A DNA stretch of 64,000 nucleotides from a bacterium (GTDB lineage: Bacteria > JAMCPX01 > DATBWZ01). The stretch is taken from positions 5,919 to 69,918 of the forward strand of contig DATBWZ010000039.1 of the NCBI GenBank assembly GCA_036514535.1, read 5' to 3'. Position numbers and translations under genes: made by a program. How positions within the stretch are numbered: the first letter of the stretch is position 1; the number at the start of each line of letters is the position of its first letter. Of the stretch, positions 10,018-20,057 are shown piece by piece. The notes under the pieces are model-generated. The model saw nothing but the letters and a program-made list of their open reading frames with translations, did no database searches and was not told the DNA's origin.

Positions 10018-11646
10018 GTGTTGCATTGGGATAAAATGAAAAAATTCTTCAATTATGCCGCTCTGATGTTTATAATTGTATTTTTTGGCTGTGAAAGCGG
10101 AACGCAAAACAGAATAAACTCGCTTTCCAAAGAAGGGAAAGAATCTCTTTCAACCGGAGATTACGAAGGGGCAAAGGGAAAATTCAGCGAGATATTAAGC
10201 CTTGATGGAAGTCATTGCGACGGACTTTACGGGATGCTTCTTGGAGAAATGATGGCTTTTATTGATTCCGTTTATGGTTACATTGATTTGACGAATTCAA
10301 TAACCGGGAATCAAAGCGCTCAGTCCGGTTTGAGATTACAGCAGGCTGGCGTGGTTGATGGAGTTATCTACGAAGTTGCCAATATTTTTCTTGACTACTT
10401 TAAAAATCTGGATTTTTATGCCGTTAGGGTTAAGGAAATGAAATGTTCTTTCAGCCTCTCAATGCTGCCAATATCACGCTCAGGTATTGAATTCCGAGGC
10501 GAATGGGATGAACACGAGGCGCATTTTATAAGTATGCTGTCAAATGGGGGGAAGGCAATTGTTAACTTCTTAATTGCCCATAATCTGGATGTGAATACAG
10601 TGCCTATTCGTGATGCCCGTGATTCGGGTTTGCTTAAATTTAATCCCGAGGATGTTGTTGTTTTTTTGCGTTCAGTTGGGTTTATTGTTGAGACAAGTCC
10701 GGAACTATTGAAATGGAGCACAAATGCTGTGCGCAGGGCAAGCTTTGATGCTGTTCCTCAGTACTGCGCCGCAATGTTTCATGAGGCGAAGGAATTGCTG
10801 AATATTTTTACAGAACAGGACAAAACCCCGTACGATGATATAATTGCCTGGGTTGATGTTGATAATGATGGCATTCCTTCATCAGGGGATAAATTAATCC
10901 TTAATGTTTATAAAATGGATACTGGCGAGCCAGCCGTTGATCTCAGCGGGTACACCGGCATTTTTCTGCCTATACTCGCTTCATCCATGGACGATTGGAG
11001 GGCGAAAATTACAAGAGTTGAGGATGCTTTTGCTTTCAGGCTTTCGTCCGGTGAAAGGATTTCCTTTGATGAGATTCTGCCATGGTTTGGAAGCATGCTG
11101 GGAATATCCAATACCCTTGAATTTGATATTATTGCGCTCTTTAAGGGTATGGATTACACAGGGGAAAATGTAAGACCCCTGAGGGACCTTCTACCTTATC
11201 TTTTTGATCATGACGGTAATTCCAGTACCTACCAGATTTTTCTTGTAGAAGGAGAAATATTCGGAACACCGTTACAAGGAAAAGAAGGATACTTGTTTAA
11301 TGGGGATGCCAAACACTTCGGTATTGGAACCGATTGGAATCCATCGGATACCAGTATAGACCATGCTTCAGGGGAAATAAAGCCGGACTGTGCTGTTCCC
11401 AATCAGACTGGGGTGCAGATAGGCATTGACAGTTACGGCAATCCGGTTTATCTGCCACTTATCTATGTGGGGTGGCCAGATCCATCATTTAACGGGGCAG
11501 TGTATACGAATGATGGAGGAACCTGCGCGGACTCTTCCCAGTTTAGCAAGACAACCGTATACAGCTTGAACAAGGAGTTAAACAGGCTGATTGCTGGATG
11601 GGGAAACTTTTTCTACGCTGTAGTTGCCGGCGGGGTATCATTCTGA
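10018..11646 (+). CDS. Large hypothetical lipoprotein (542 aa), function unknown.
   Basis: Signal peptide plus lipobox-like FFGCES. No motif I can assign. Sits where ABC ATPase genes would be expected. Confidence 0.6.
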   Translation: MLHWDKMKKFFNYAALMFIIVFFGCESGTQNRINSLSKEGKESLSTGDYEGAKGKFSEILSLDGSHCDGLYGMLLGEMMAFIDSVYGYIDLTNSITGNQSAQSGLRLQQAGVVDGVIYEVANIFLDYFKNLDFYAVRVKEMKCSFSLSMLPISRSGIEFRGEWDEHEAHFISMLSNGGKAIVNFLIAHNLDVNTVPIRDARDSGLLKFNPEDVVVFLRSVGFIVETSPELLKWSTNAVRRASFDAVPQYCAAMFHEAKELLNIFTEQDKTPYDDIIAWVDVDNDGIPSSGDKLILNVYKMDTGEPAVDLSGYTGIFLPILASSMDDWRAKITRVEDAFAFRLSSGERISFDEILPWFGSMLGISNTLEFDIIALFKGMDYTGENVRPLRDLLPYLFDHDGNSSTYQIFLVEGEIFGTPLQGKEGYLFNGDAKHFGIGTDWNPSDTSIDHASGEIKPDCAVPNQTGVQIGIDSYGNPVYLPLIYVGWPDPSFNGAVYTNDGGTCADSSQFSKTTVYSLNKELNRLIAGWGNFFYAVVAGGVSF

Positions 11647-11648
11647 AT

Positions 11649-12938
11649 ATGATGTCGTTTGACTTTGACAATGCCTTAACAGGTTTAAAAAATGGAAGAA
11701 ATTTTTCACTGGTAACATTTGATAATCTAACAGCTTTATTAAAAAAAATTAAAGAGGGTAGCGGAGAATTTATCTTTGCACGGATTTTTGAGGATCTTTG
11801 CGTCATCAAAGAAATCAAGCAGATTTCCAGAGAGATCCGGGGGAAATTTGACTCGCTCATCGTGGCAGGGATTGGAGGATCATCTCTCGGGGCAAGGTGC
11901 CTGTATGATAATTTTTTAAACAAAAAAGAACGAAGGGGGCTGAAGGTATTTTTTATGGAAAACATTGATTCACAGTCTATTGCCTCAATTCTTGATCTTG
12001 TTAACCCGGCAAAAACCGCGGTAAATTTTATCAGCAGGTCCGGCACTACACTGGAGACGGTTACGCATTTTTTTATACTCAGGGAAATTTTCCGCAAAAG
12101 GCTCGGGAGCGATTACGGCAGCCATTTTTATGTAACCACGGCAAACATGTCCTCCCCGCTTGGCAGGGCTGCTGCCAGCGAGGGCTACCGGCTTATCACC
12201 CTTCCGCCTGAACTCTCAGGCAGGTATTCCGTCCTGAGCCCCGTAGGACTGCTTCCCGCATCGTGTGCCGGAATTGATATTGATGAAATTATTGCAGGCG
12301 CCAGAGCAGGAAAGGGGGCTTCGCTGAAAAAACATATTTACAGCAATCCTGCATTGATGGGGGCGGCAGTAAATTATTTTCATTATAAAAAAGGCAAAAA
12401 AATTGCAGCAATTATGCCCTACAGGGATTCCCTGTTCAGTTTTGGTGAATGGTTTGCCCAGATCTGGGCAGAAAGTCTGGGGAAAAAAAGCTGGAACGGT
12501 ATTGCTAACGGGCAAACCCCAATCAGGGGAATTGGAGTTCAGGATCAGCATTCACTCATGCAACTCTACCTTGACGGGCCTGACGATAAGATTGTGATCT
12601 TTCTTACTGCTGGTGCGGAATACGATTTTAAAATAAAAAATTCAGGTGAAAATTTCAAATATTTAGAGGGGAAAACTGTCAATGACGTTCTTTTTGCGGA
12701 ACAGAAGGCAACCGAGATTGTCCTTGGATCCAGAGAAAGGCCGAGCTGGTCTGTTCACATGGATGCTGTCTCTCCGTATAATATGGGAGCGCTGTTCTTT
12801 ATTTTTGAGACTATGACAGTTTTTGCTGCAAACCTTTTTAAGGTAAATCCCTTTGATCAGCCGGCTGTGGAAGAGATAAAAGGATGGGCAAAGAAGATTC
12901 TTGCCTCAGGTTCAAATCGTGCCAAAAAAGAAAATTGA
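11649..12938 (+). CDS. pgi: Glucose-6-phosphate isomerase (bifunctional archaeal/bacterial short PGI type).
   Basis: PGI signature IVAGIGGSSLGARC and ...GIGVQDQHS...  The ORF track starts at 11598, but the ATG at 11649 (MMSFDF) avoids overlap with the upstream gene. Confidence 0.8.
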   Translation: MMSFDFDNALTGLKNGRNFSLVTFDNLTALLKKIKEGSGEFIFARIFEDLCVIKEIKQISREIRGKFDSLIVAGIGGSSLGARCLYDNFLNKKERRGLKVFFMENIDSQSIASILDLVNPAKTAVNFISRSGTTLETVTHFFILREIFRKRLGSDYGSHFYVTTANMSSPLGRAAASEGYRLITLPPELSGRYSVLSPVGLLPASCAGIDIDEIIAGARAGKGASLKKHIYSNPALMGAAVNYFHYKKGKKIAAIMPYRDSLFSFGEWFAQIWAESLGKKSWNGIANGQTPIRGIGVQDQHSLMQLYLDGPDDKIVIFLTAGAEYDFKIKNSGENFKYLEGKTVNDVLFAEQKATEIVLGSRERPSWSVHMDAVSPYNMGALFFIFETMTVFAANLFKVNPFDQPAVEEIKGWAKKILASGSNRAKKEN

Positions 12939-13689
12939 CGCCGGAATAATTCTCGGATCCGGAATTGACATGCCCCCACATCTCAGAATTGTTGAAAGGA
13001 TTCCGTATTCAAAATTGGGGCTGCCTATCCCGTCTGTAAAAGGGCATGGGAATTTGTTTGTTATTGCGCAAATGGCTGGAAAAATGGCAGGGATCTTCAC
13101 CGGGAGGCTCCACCTTTACGAAGGATATTCTCCACAGGAGGTATGCCAGCAGGTCAAAATTATAAGAAACTTCGGGGCGGACAACATAGTCATCAGCAAT
13201 GCTTCAGGTATTGTTAATAAAAATTTCAAACCTGCGCAGATTATGTTGATTAAGGACCAGATAAACCTTACTGGCAAAACGCCTTTCATCGCAAAAAAGA
13301 ATGATGTGAAATTCCTTAATTGTTCAGGTATTTATTTTATTGAAAAATTAAAGTATTTTAATAGGATATGTAAGAAATATAATGTAAAACTTGAAGTTGG
13401 TGTACTTGCTGGTGTGCGTGGACCTGAATATGAAACGCCTGCTGAGGTCAGAATGCTGAGACGGCTTGGCGCAGATGCTGTCTGCATGTCAACGGTCATT
13501 GAGGCGCTTCAGGCGCATGTGTTGGGTATGCGGGTGTTTGGAATTTCTGTGCTGACGAATTATGCCGGTGAAGGCGTTGCGCATAACGCGCACAAGGAGG
13601 TTCTTAATATTGCCCGAACATGCTCTGGCGCGGTCTGGGGGTTGATAGAAGCGTTTGTTTTAAATAAACAACTTGAGGTTATGAAATAA
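12901..13689 (+). CDS. Purine nucleoside phosphorylase / 5'-methylthioadenosine phosphorylase family (PNP-I, trimeric type).
   Basis: N-terminal GIILGSGI, central ...MSTVIEA... and C-terminal ...SVLTNYAGEG... motifs typical of the PunA/MTAP family. Confidence 0.75.
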   Translation: MPQVQIVPKKKIDAGIILGSGIDMPPHLRIVERIPYSKLGLPIPSVKGHGNLFVIAQMAGKMAGIFTGRLHLYEGYSPQEVCQQVKIIRNFGADNIVISNASGIVNKNFKPAQIMLIKDQINLTGKTPFIAKKNDVKFLNCSGIYFIEKLKYFNRICKKYNVKLEVGVLAGVRGPEYETPAEVRMLRRLGADAVCMSTVIEALQAHVLGMRVFGISVLTNYAGEGVAHNAHKEVLNIARTCSGAVWGLIEAFVLNKQLEVMK

Positions 13690-13711
13690 ATTTATCTCTA
13701 TGTAATTAGGG

Positions 13712-15976
13712 TCAAAATCTGACTGAAATAAATCCGCCTAACCGTGTTCCGATCTCTCTTGCACGGTAGGTTGTTGAACTGTTACCATCTATCACTTGCG
13801 ATGCTTCAAGATGTTTTCTGAACAGGAGGTTGGATCCGAAAAGTCCAACTTCCATTCGCCCGCCAAGCAGGGAATATCCGAGTTTCATATTCAGGTTTAC
13901 ATATGGCTTTACCGATTTAACAGAGATCCCATCTGAAATATCAGTTCCTGGCAGGAATACCCGCTCTTTGAAGCCCGTTGAATAATTTGCCGAAAGAGAA
14001 CCCTCAATTTTATCATACATCTGGATAATGAATCCGGCATTTGTTATGTGATTTGGATTGGAATCATCAGGATTAATGTGGGTAATATCCGGATCTTTAG
14101 ACTTGTCAATAGCCCTCACATGAGCATAATTAAGAAAAAAACTTAAGTCTTTTATCAGAATGACCCTTAGATCTGCCTCTCCGCCGAACGAATCAAAATC
14201 TTCCGGAAAATTTTTATAACCGTTCTCCGCTGGAACAAATTCTATAAAATTTTTCAGGCGATTATAAAAAGTTGCAATCATAAGATTTATCCTTCTGAAA
14301 AATACAACTGAATAATTTACCTGGTAGGCTGTTATTTCTTCGTTCAAAAGTCCTACAGGTGCGTTTCTGATTTCAACGAAAGAGGGCTGACGGTATCCAT
14401 TTCTTAAAGAAAATCCTATAGAACTTTCTTTTGCCGGAATAAAAGATATTCCCAAAACATAGGAGTTTGCCTGGGGTGTGAGGGAGTTCCAGTCAAATCT
14501 GTAGGAAAGGGTCAGCTTTAAGTTCTCAAAGGGTGAAATTTCGTTTGAAATAAACACCCCGATACCCCTCTGTGTTATTTTGTGTCCCGGAGTATCATCC
14601 GGGGAATATACATCTATGCTGATATTTCCACCCACCATTATCCTGTTCAATAGCCCGGCGTAAAGCAACTTTTGCGAATATAAATTAAAATCGTCAGAAC
14701 TTCCGCTGTAAGGTGGAACAGTTGTTCTGAGTTCTGGCGTATCAGAAAAAACAACATCCACCGGCTTGGTTACCATAATATTGTTTTTAACCAAATAACC
14801 TTCTATGAGTAAATTTCTGTAAGACAATGTTGCCTGGCCGTAAGATGATTCAAACTGAGAATAGAAGTCCCCCTGATTTGTAAAAAAGGGCTTTCTGTTT
14901 TTTAAATATCCAGTGCTTAAAGAAAATAATTTACCACTGTCAGGGCTGTACTCAAAATAAGGGTTCACCTGAATAGAGCTGAAGAATTGCTTATCAGGAT
15001 CAGCCCATGAATTTAATTGCCCGTACTCTGTTGAAATCTTGGCTCCGATATTGCCTGTTTTTATCCCGCTGCCAGCATACATAAAAAGACTATTCCCATT
15101 GCCAGCGCGCAGGCTGGTTCTGAAAGTTTCCATTTCGTAAGGCTTTTTTGTCCTTATATCAATTACGCCCGCATAGGCGCCTGAGCCGTACAGGGATGAG
15201 AGGGGCCCGTTCACGATCTCTATTTTTTTTATATCGTTAAGCGATGTTTGCATTGCTGACCACCACGGGACTCCTAATGATTTTATTTCTGCGTTTCTTC
15301 CGTCCACCATTACTTTGATCTGATTGTTCCGGTTTGCCATGCCCCTTGCTCCCAATTCATACAGCCCTGAATCAATATTGCGTGCATCAATGCCAGGGGC
15401 AAATCTGAGAATATCCGGAATAAAATAAACTCCCATGGCATGAATTTCTTGATCATTTAATACTGTAACGGGTAATAACACCTCTTCTGGAGGTAGATCG
15501 TATCTGGAAGGGGTATGGATGGTATCTTCCGGAATAACAGGAGACTGTTGAGTAACGGGATTCAATTTCTGGTCCTGCTGTTTACTATCAAAAACTTGTA
15601 CATACTGGGCTTTTTTGTGATCCCTGAAAATTAAATGCGGGAGTCCGGTTCTGTCAATAAGAAATATAAAATATTTAAGTCCGGGGTAAATTACCTCCCC
15701 TGCGGGTATAGTTCCTTCAAATATAGCGCCATTTCTCTTCATAAGAATTATCTTGAAATCATTTTCCCCGGAGATGCAATAGCCAATGCTTGCATGCAGG
15801 ACATTCTCCGGTTCATATATTATTGCCTGGATTTTGAGCGGCTGATGCGCTATTGCCTGGACAGGAGGTGTGTGAATTACATTGAATGATATTATTTCTG
15901 CTGAGTAGGATATAAGTTCTAAAGTCATGATATTTGATAGCATAAAAATAAAAGATAGTTTCCTGAATATACGCAT
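13712..15976 (-). CDS. TonB-dependent outer-membrane receptor with an extra ~170-aa N-terminal domain.
   Basis: Signal peptide. Plug-domain motif IEIVNGPLSSLYGSGAYAGVIDIRTKK. Long beta-rich barrel region. C-terminal aromatic residue (…SVRF). Confidence 0.75.
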   Translation of the reverse strand: MRIFRKLSFIFMLSNIMTLELISYSAEIISFNVIHTPPVQAIAHQPLKIQAIIYEPENVLHASIGYCISGENDFKIILMKRNGAIFEGTIPAGEVIYPGLKYFIFLIDRTGLPHLIFRDHKKAQYVQVFDSKQQDQKLNPVTQQSPVIPEDTIHTPSRYDLPPEEVLLPVTVLNDQEIHAMGVYFIPDILRFAPGIDARNIDSGLYELGARGMANRNNQIKVMVDGRNAEIKSLGVPWWSAMQTSLNDIKKIEIVNGPLSSLYGSGAYAGVIDIRTKKPYEMETFRTSLRAGNGNSLFMYAGSGIKTGNIGAKISTEYGQLNSWADPDKQFFSSIQVNPYFEYSPDSGKLFSLSTGYLKNRKPFFTNQGDFYSQFESSYGQATLSYRNLLIEGYLVKNNIMVTKPVDVVFSDTPELRTTVPPYSGSSDDFNLYSQKLLYAGLLNRIMVGGNISIDVYSPDDTPGHKITQRGIGVFISNEISPFENLKLTLSYRFDWNSLTPQANSYVLGISFIPAKESSIGFSLRNGYRQPSFVEIRNAPVGLLNEEITAYQVNYSVVFFRRINLMIATFYNRLKNFIEFVPAENGYKNFPEDFDSFGGEADLRVILIKDLSFFLNYAHVRAIDKSKDPDITHINPDDSNPNHITNAGFIIQMYDKIEGSLSANYSTGFKERVFLPGTDISDGISVKSVKPYVNLNMKLGYSLLGGRMEVGLFGSNLLFRKHLEASQVIDGNSSTTYRAREIGTRLGGFISVRF

Positions 15977-16039
15977 TTATAATTAAAATATACATTTGTT
16001 GAATATTTGCAAGAAATTTCATATCCCCCAAAAAGCTCA

Positions 16040-16062
16040 TTGACAATGCGGCTGGTATAAAT
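16040..16062 (+). promoter_or_regulatory. Candidate promoter for ispD (TTGACA; TGgTATAAA extended -10).
   Basis: Read in the divergent intergenic region between the TonB receptor and ispD. The -35/-10 spacing is short, so the extended -10 is the stronger element. Confidence 0.3.
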
Positions 16063-16074
16063 TAAAATTCAGTT

Positions 16075-16758
16075 ATGCGTGTTTGCGCAATAATTGTGGC
16101 AGCAGGTTCGGGAAAGAGATTTGGTTCAAGAATACCGAAGCAGTTCCATGTTCTTGGCAAAAAGCCTGTTCTTGCTCATGTACTTTACAGGTTTGATAGT
16201 TCTCCAATAATCAATGGAATCTGCCTTGTAGTAAAAAAGAAATCTATTGAAATGATAAGAAAGAAAATAGTCCAAAGATATAATTTTAAAAAAGTCTGCA
16301 TGGTTATTGGAGGAGGGAAGGAGAGACAGGATTCGGTTTACAATGGGCTGATTAATATCGGAGACAATTGGGATGTTGTTATGGTTCACGACGGGGTCAG
16401 ACCATTTATAAATGATCAGTTAATAAGCAAAGTAGCAAAGGCCGCAATGCGCTGCGGAGCCGCAATCCCAGGAATAAAGGTCAGAGATACAGTGAAGGCT
16501 GTAAATGATTATGATAAAATAGTTGAGACGGTTAACAGGGAAAACCTGTGGCTTGCTCAAACTCCACAGGCATTCCGGTATGAAATTTTAAAAAAGAGCT
16601 ATGAAAAAGCAAGAAGAGAAAAATATACAGGAACTGATGATGCAATGCTTGTGGAGAAAGCAGGGTACAAAGTTATTGTAATTGAGGGGTTGCGCTCAAA
16701 CATTAAGATTACTACAGCAGAGGATCTGCGGACTCTAATCTTACTTTCAAATGGATGA
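16075..16758 (+). CDS. ispD: 2-C-methyl-D-erythritol 4-phosphate cytidylyltransferase.
   Basis: N-terminus AIIVAAGSGKRFG. 227 aa. Followed by ispF. Confidence 0.9.
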   Translation: MRVCAIIVAAGSGKRFGSRIPKQFHVLGKKPVLAHVLYRFDSSPIINGICLVVKKKSIEMIRKKIVQRYNFKKVCMVIGGGKERQDSVYNGLINIGDNWDVVMVHDGVRPFINDQLISKVAKAAMRCGAAIPGIKVRDTVKAVNDYDKIVETVNRENLWLAQTPQAFRYEILKKSYEKARREKYTGTDDAMLVEKAGYKVIVIEGLRSNIKITTAEDLRTLILLSNG

Positions 16759-16776
16759 TTATAGTGGAGGATTATT

Positions 16777-17256
16777 ATGATAAGGGTTGGAATAGGGTCG
16801 GACATACATAAATTTACCACTTCTCAACGAAAATTAGTTATCGGCGGGGTGGAAGTTCCGTATTACAAGGGCCTTATTGGCAACTCGGACGGAGATGTCC
16901 TGATCCACGCCGTTTGCGATTCCATACTTGGTGCGATCAGGGCAGGCGATATTGGTGTCCATTTTCCTCCTGACGACCAGCGCTTCACAGATATTTCAAG
17001 CATGGTTCTTTTAGCGGAAGTAGGAAAGATGTGCTACCAGCGGGGTTACCGGATTGTAAATATTGATTCAATGGTAATATGCGAGAAGCCGAAGCTACAG
17101 TCTTTTATACCTCGGATGATTGACAATATAGCGGAAATGCTGAAGATATCGGCTGATTCTGTAAGTATAAAAGCGACAACTTCTGAGGGGCTTGGATTTA
17201 CCGGGAGAGGCGAAGGTATTCTGGCAAATGCGGTAACCCTTGTGGAGAAAACGTAA
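16777..17256 (+). CDS. ispF: 2-C-methyl-D-erythritol 2,4-cyclodiphosphate synthase.
   Basis: RVGIGSDIHKF...GHSDGDVL.H motifs. 159 aa. Confidence 0.9.
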   Translation: MIRVGIGSDIHKFTTSQRKLVIGGVEVPYYKGLIGNSDGDVLIHAVCDSILGAIRAGDIGVHFPPDDQRFTDISSMVLLAEVGKMCYQRGYRIVNIDSMVICEKPKLQSFIPRMIDNIAEMLKISADSVSIKATTSEGLGFTGRGEGILANAVTLVEKT

Positions 17257-18665
17257 TGCTCCGGATATACAACTCCTTAACGCGCAGGAAAGAAAATTTT
17301 ACTCCAATTACTCCCGGCAGGGTAAATATGTATGTCTGCGGAATTACAGCGTATGACCTCTGCCATGTGGGGCATGCCAGGGCGCAGATAGTATTTGATA
17401 TTATTTACAGGTATCTCAGATATGCAGGGTACGATCTGCTCTATACAAGGAATTTCACCGATGTTGACGACAAGATTATTAAAAAGGCAAAAGAGACCGG
17501 TATGTCATGGAAGGATGTGGCTGATAAATACATAGATGAATTCCTCAAGGATATGACCCGTCTGGGGCTGGCCAAACCCGATAAAGAGCCGCGCGTTTCA
17601 GAGCATATAGATGATATAGTTGCGCTCATTAATAAATTGATTGAAAAAGGCTATGGATATGTTGTAAATGGCGATGTCTATTTTGAAGTCAAGAAATTTG
17701 AAAATTACGGGAAATTATCGGGTAAAAAAATAGACGAATTGATTGCCGGCGCCCGTATTGAAGTAGATGAACGCAAGAGGGATCCGCTTGATTTCGCTCT
17801 CTGGAAATCAAGCAAACCAGGCGAGCCGTCCTGGGACAGCCCCTGGGGGAAAGGCCGTCCCGGCTGGCACATTGAGTGCTCTACCATGAGTATGAAGTAC
17901 CTGGGGGAGAATTTTGACATTCATGGCGGCGGTATGGACCTTATATTCCCGCACCACGAGAACGAAAATGCGCAATCCGAAGCGGCGACAGGGAAAAGGT
18001 TTGCAAACTACTGGATACATAACGGAATTGTTACGATAAATCAGGAGAAGATGTCAAAATCTCTTGGGAACATATTTGCTATCTCCGAAGCCCTTGAAAG
18101 GTTTGATTTTGAAGCGATCAGGTTATTCATTCTTGGCGGCCATTACCGTTCGCCACTTGATTTCAGCGAACAGAATATAAAGGAATCGGAACGGGCGCTG
18201 GAAAGGATGTATACGAACATTCTCATTCTTCAGAGGGGCGGCGTACAGAAAGCAGAATCGGTTGCTAAAGGTGCAGTGCTGGGGAACGAAATGCTTGATA
18301 AATTCAGCGAATTCATGAACGATGACTTTAATACGCCAGCAGTAATTGCCATGATCTTTACCGCGGTCAGGGCATTGAATGCGAAAAAGGAAAAACTATC
18401 AGAAACGCTTCATGCAATTTCAAAAATAGGAGGGGTTTTAGGTATTTTCACATCGTCTCCTGAAGAATTTTTATTCAGGGTCAGGAAGAGGAAAACAAAT
18501 ATTCTTGGGATAGATGCAATCAAGGTAGAACTCCTTATAAAAGAAAGGGAATCTTTTAGATCCGCAAAAGAGTTTGCAAAAGCAGATTCCATCAGAGCAA
18601 AACTGCAGGAGATGGGAATTGCCCTGGAAGATACAAGGGACGGGACTATCTGGAGAATTGAATAA
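17256..18665 (+). CDS. cysS: Cysteinyl-tRNA synthetase.
   Basis: Class I HIGH (HVGHAR) and KMSKS (KMSKSLGN) motifs. Zn-binding Cys residues. 469 aa. Confidence 0.92.
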   Translation: MLRIYNSLTRRKENFTPITPGRVNMYVCGITAYDLCHVGHARAQIVFDIIYRYLRYAGYDLLYTRNFTDVDDKIIKKAKETGMSWKDVADKYIDEFLKDMTRLGLAKPDKEPRVSEHIDDIVALINKLIEKGYGYVVNGDVYFEVKKFENYGKLSGKKIDELIAGARIEVDERKRDPLDFALWKSSKPGEPSWDSPWGKGRPGWHIECSTMSMKYLGENFDIHGGGMDLIFPHHENENAQSEAATGKRFANYWIHNGIVTINQEKMSKSLGNIFAISEALERFDFEAIRLFILGGHYRSPLDFSEQNIKESERALERMYTNILILQRGGVQKAESVAKGAVLGNEMLDKFSEFMNDDFNTPAVIAMIFTAVRALNAKKEKLSETLHAISKIGGVLGIFTSSPEEFLFRVRKRKTNILGIDAIKVELLIKERESFRSAKEFAKADSIRAKLQEMGIALEDTRDGTIWRIE

Positions 18666-18667
18666 AA

Positions 18668-18698
18668 CCGCAAAGGAGTATGGCCGCTTTGCGGCTTT
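18668..18698. terminator. Bidirectional rho-independent terminator between convergent cysS and a FadL-like gene.
   Basis: Perfect 8-bp inverted repeat CCGCAAAG...CTTTGCGG, flanked by an A-run upstream and TTT downstream. Confidence 0.6.
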
Positions 18699-18701
18699 GA
18701 C

Positions 18702-20057
18702 TCAGGATTCAATATCTATTTTTTCTACCCTTTCCGGAGGTGGAAAATTAAATTTTACAGTAAAGCCTGCATTAAATATATCTCCCCGCGCAGTAAATCC
18801 AGGGTATGCGGGATTATCTATTAGGTTCTCTGGTTTTGTCGTCTCTCTTTTTGTCATCAACTGATACTGGAAATGCATATCCAGTTCAATCATTTTCGGA
18901 ACATTCATGATTGCCAGTGCGTAGCCCATGCCTGTTGAAATTATATGTGTGTTGCTGTCAATTAGATTTGAAATCCCGGTCTGGGCAGGCACAGGGGACT
19001 GTCTGAAGATGTATCCTCCCCTCACTGCAAGTTTGTGATCAATCATTGTGTATTCCGCTCCTATTTTAGGAAGCAGGGTGTCACGAAGCCCTGGATCATT
19101 GCGTGTCAGCGGAGTCATTGCTTTTCCTAAGCCTTCATTGCCTAAAGTTACAGCTACCCATGGCGGTGTATAGGCTGACCATTGAACAAACCCGAGATCG
19201 GCTGCCATTGTCAGGGAGTCGTTCATAAAATATGAGAAGCCGATTGTAATCTGTTGAGGTGAATGCTGACCGCCCATATCAAGATTTATTGGGCCAGTGA
19301 GATCGTCGTTAAGTGTAGTTGAAACCTTTACCTTCTTTTCCCCGCGGTATGAAAGGCCAATGCGGTATTTTGCAGCATTATACAGTATTCCCAGATATGG
19401 CGAAATATTAAGGGGGAATTCTCCTGTAGCCTCAGCGTAAAAAGGTTCGGCTGTCATGTCAGTTTCCAGCATAAGTTTTAAATCGGCAAGCACGCTTACG
19501 CCAGCGCCTACACTAAGATATTTGTTTACCTGGTATCCAGCTCCTGCGAGAATAATAGTTGTGTAGGGCAGTTCTTCAAATAGCAGTGTTATTGGTTCGG
19601 ACTCCGGTTTAAATCTTTCTTTTATGAGAAGATGTCCCTTTGCTACATGAATAAGAACTCCAAAGGCAATATGTTTGCCAAATATAGGTCCCACCTTGTT
19701 TATACCGCCAATGCTGAATCCGTAGGGACTATCCATGTCGGATGCATCATCAAGTTTAAGCTGGGCGGCAAGGCTTTTCCCCTTGAATTCAAAATTTTCG
19801 TATGGATATAAATAGGAAAATTCAGTGGTTGTTCCATACGTAGTATTTACAATAGCCGCCGGGTTGTAATAAAGACCCGTTGGATCTGTTGCAAGTGTTG
19901 TATAGGCATTCCCCATTGCTGTTGATCTGGAATCAACGCCAAATATGTTATAGGAATTGGCGTATAACGACGATGCAGTGACTGCGAACAAGGTTAACGC
20001 TAAAAATGTTTTTATTTTTTTCATATCAATCCTCCTTCTAAATTTATTTAATTTCAA
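18702..20057 (-). CDS. FadL/TodX-family outer-membrane hydrophobic-compound channel (paralog 1).
   Basis: Signal peptide. N-terminal LYYNPAAI (NPA motif of the FadL family). Beta-barrel-like alternating hydrophobic pattern. About 450 aa. Confidence 0.7.
   Translation of the reverse strand: MKLNKFRRRIDMKKIKTFLALTLFAVTASSLYANSYNIFGVDSRSTAMGNAYTTLATDPTGLYYNPAAIVNTTYGTTTEFSYLYPYENFEFKGKSLAAQLKLDDASDMDSPYGFSIGGINKVGPIFGKHIAFGVLIHVAKGHLLIKERFKPESEPITLLFEELPYTTIILAGAGYQVNKYLSVGAGVSVLADLKLMLETDMTAEPFYAEATGEFPLNISPYLGILYNAAKYRIGLSYRGEKKVKVSTTLNDDLTGPINLDMGGQHSPQQITIGFSYFMNDSLTMAADLGFVQWSAYTPPWVAVTLGNEGLGKAMTPLTRNDPGLRDTLLPKIGAEYTMIDHKLAVRGGYIFRQSPVPAQTGISNLIDSNTHIISTGMGYALAIMNVPKMIELDMHFQYQLMTKRETTKPENLIDNPAYPGFTARGDIFNAGFTVKFNFPPPERVEKIDIES

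Noticed and set aside
9444-10052. 202-aa minus-strand ORF antisense to the DppC-like permease.
   Set aside because: Fully embedded antisense to a well-supported permease gene. Low-complexity Ser/Pro/Ala-rich translation typical of antisense frames.
11543-12097. 184-aa minus-strand ORF antisense to pgi.
   Set aside because: Antisense to a confidently identified enzyme gene. No motifs.
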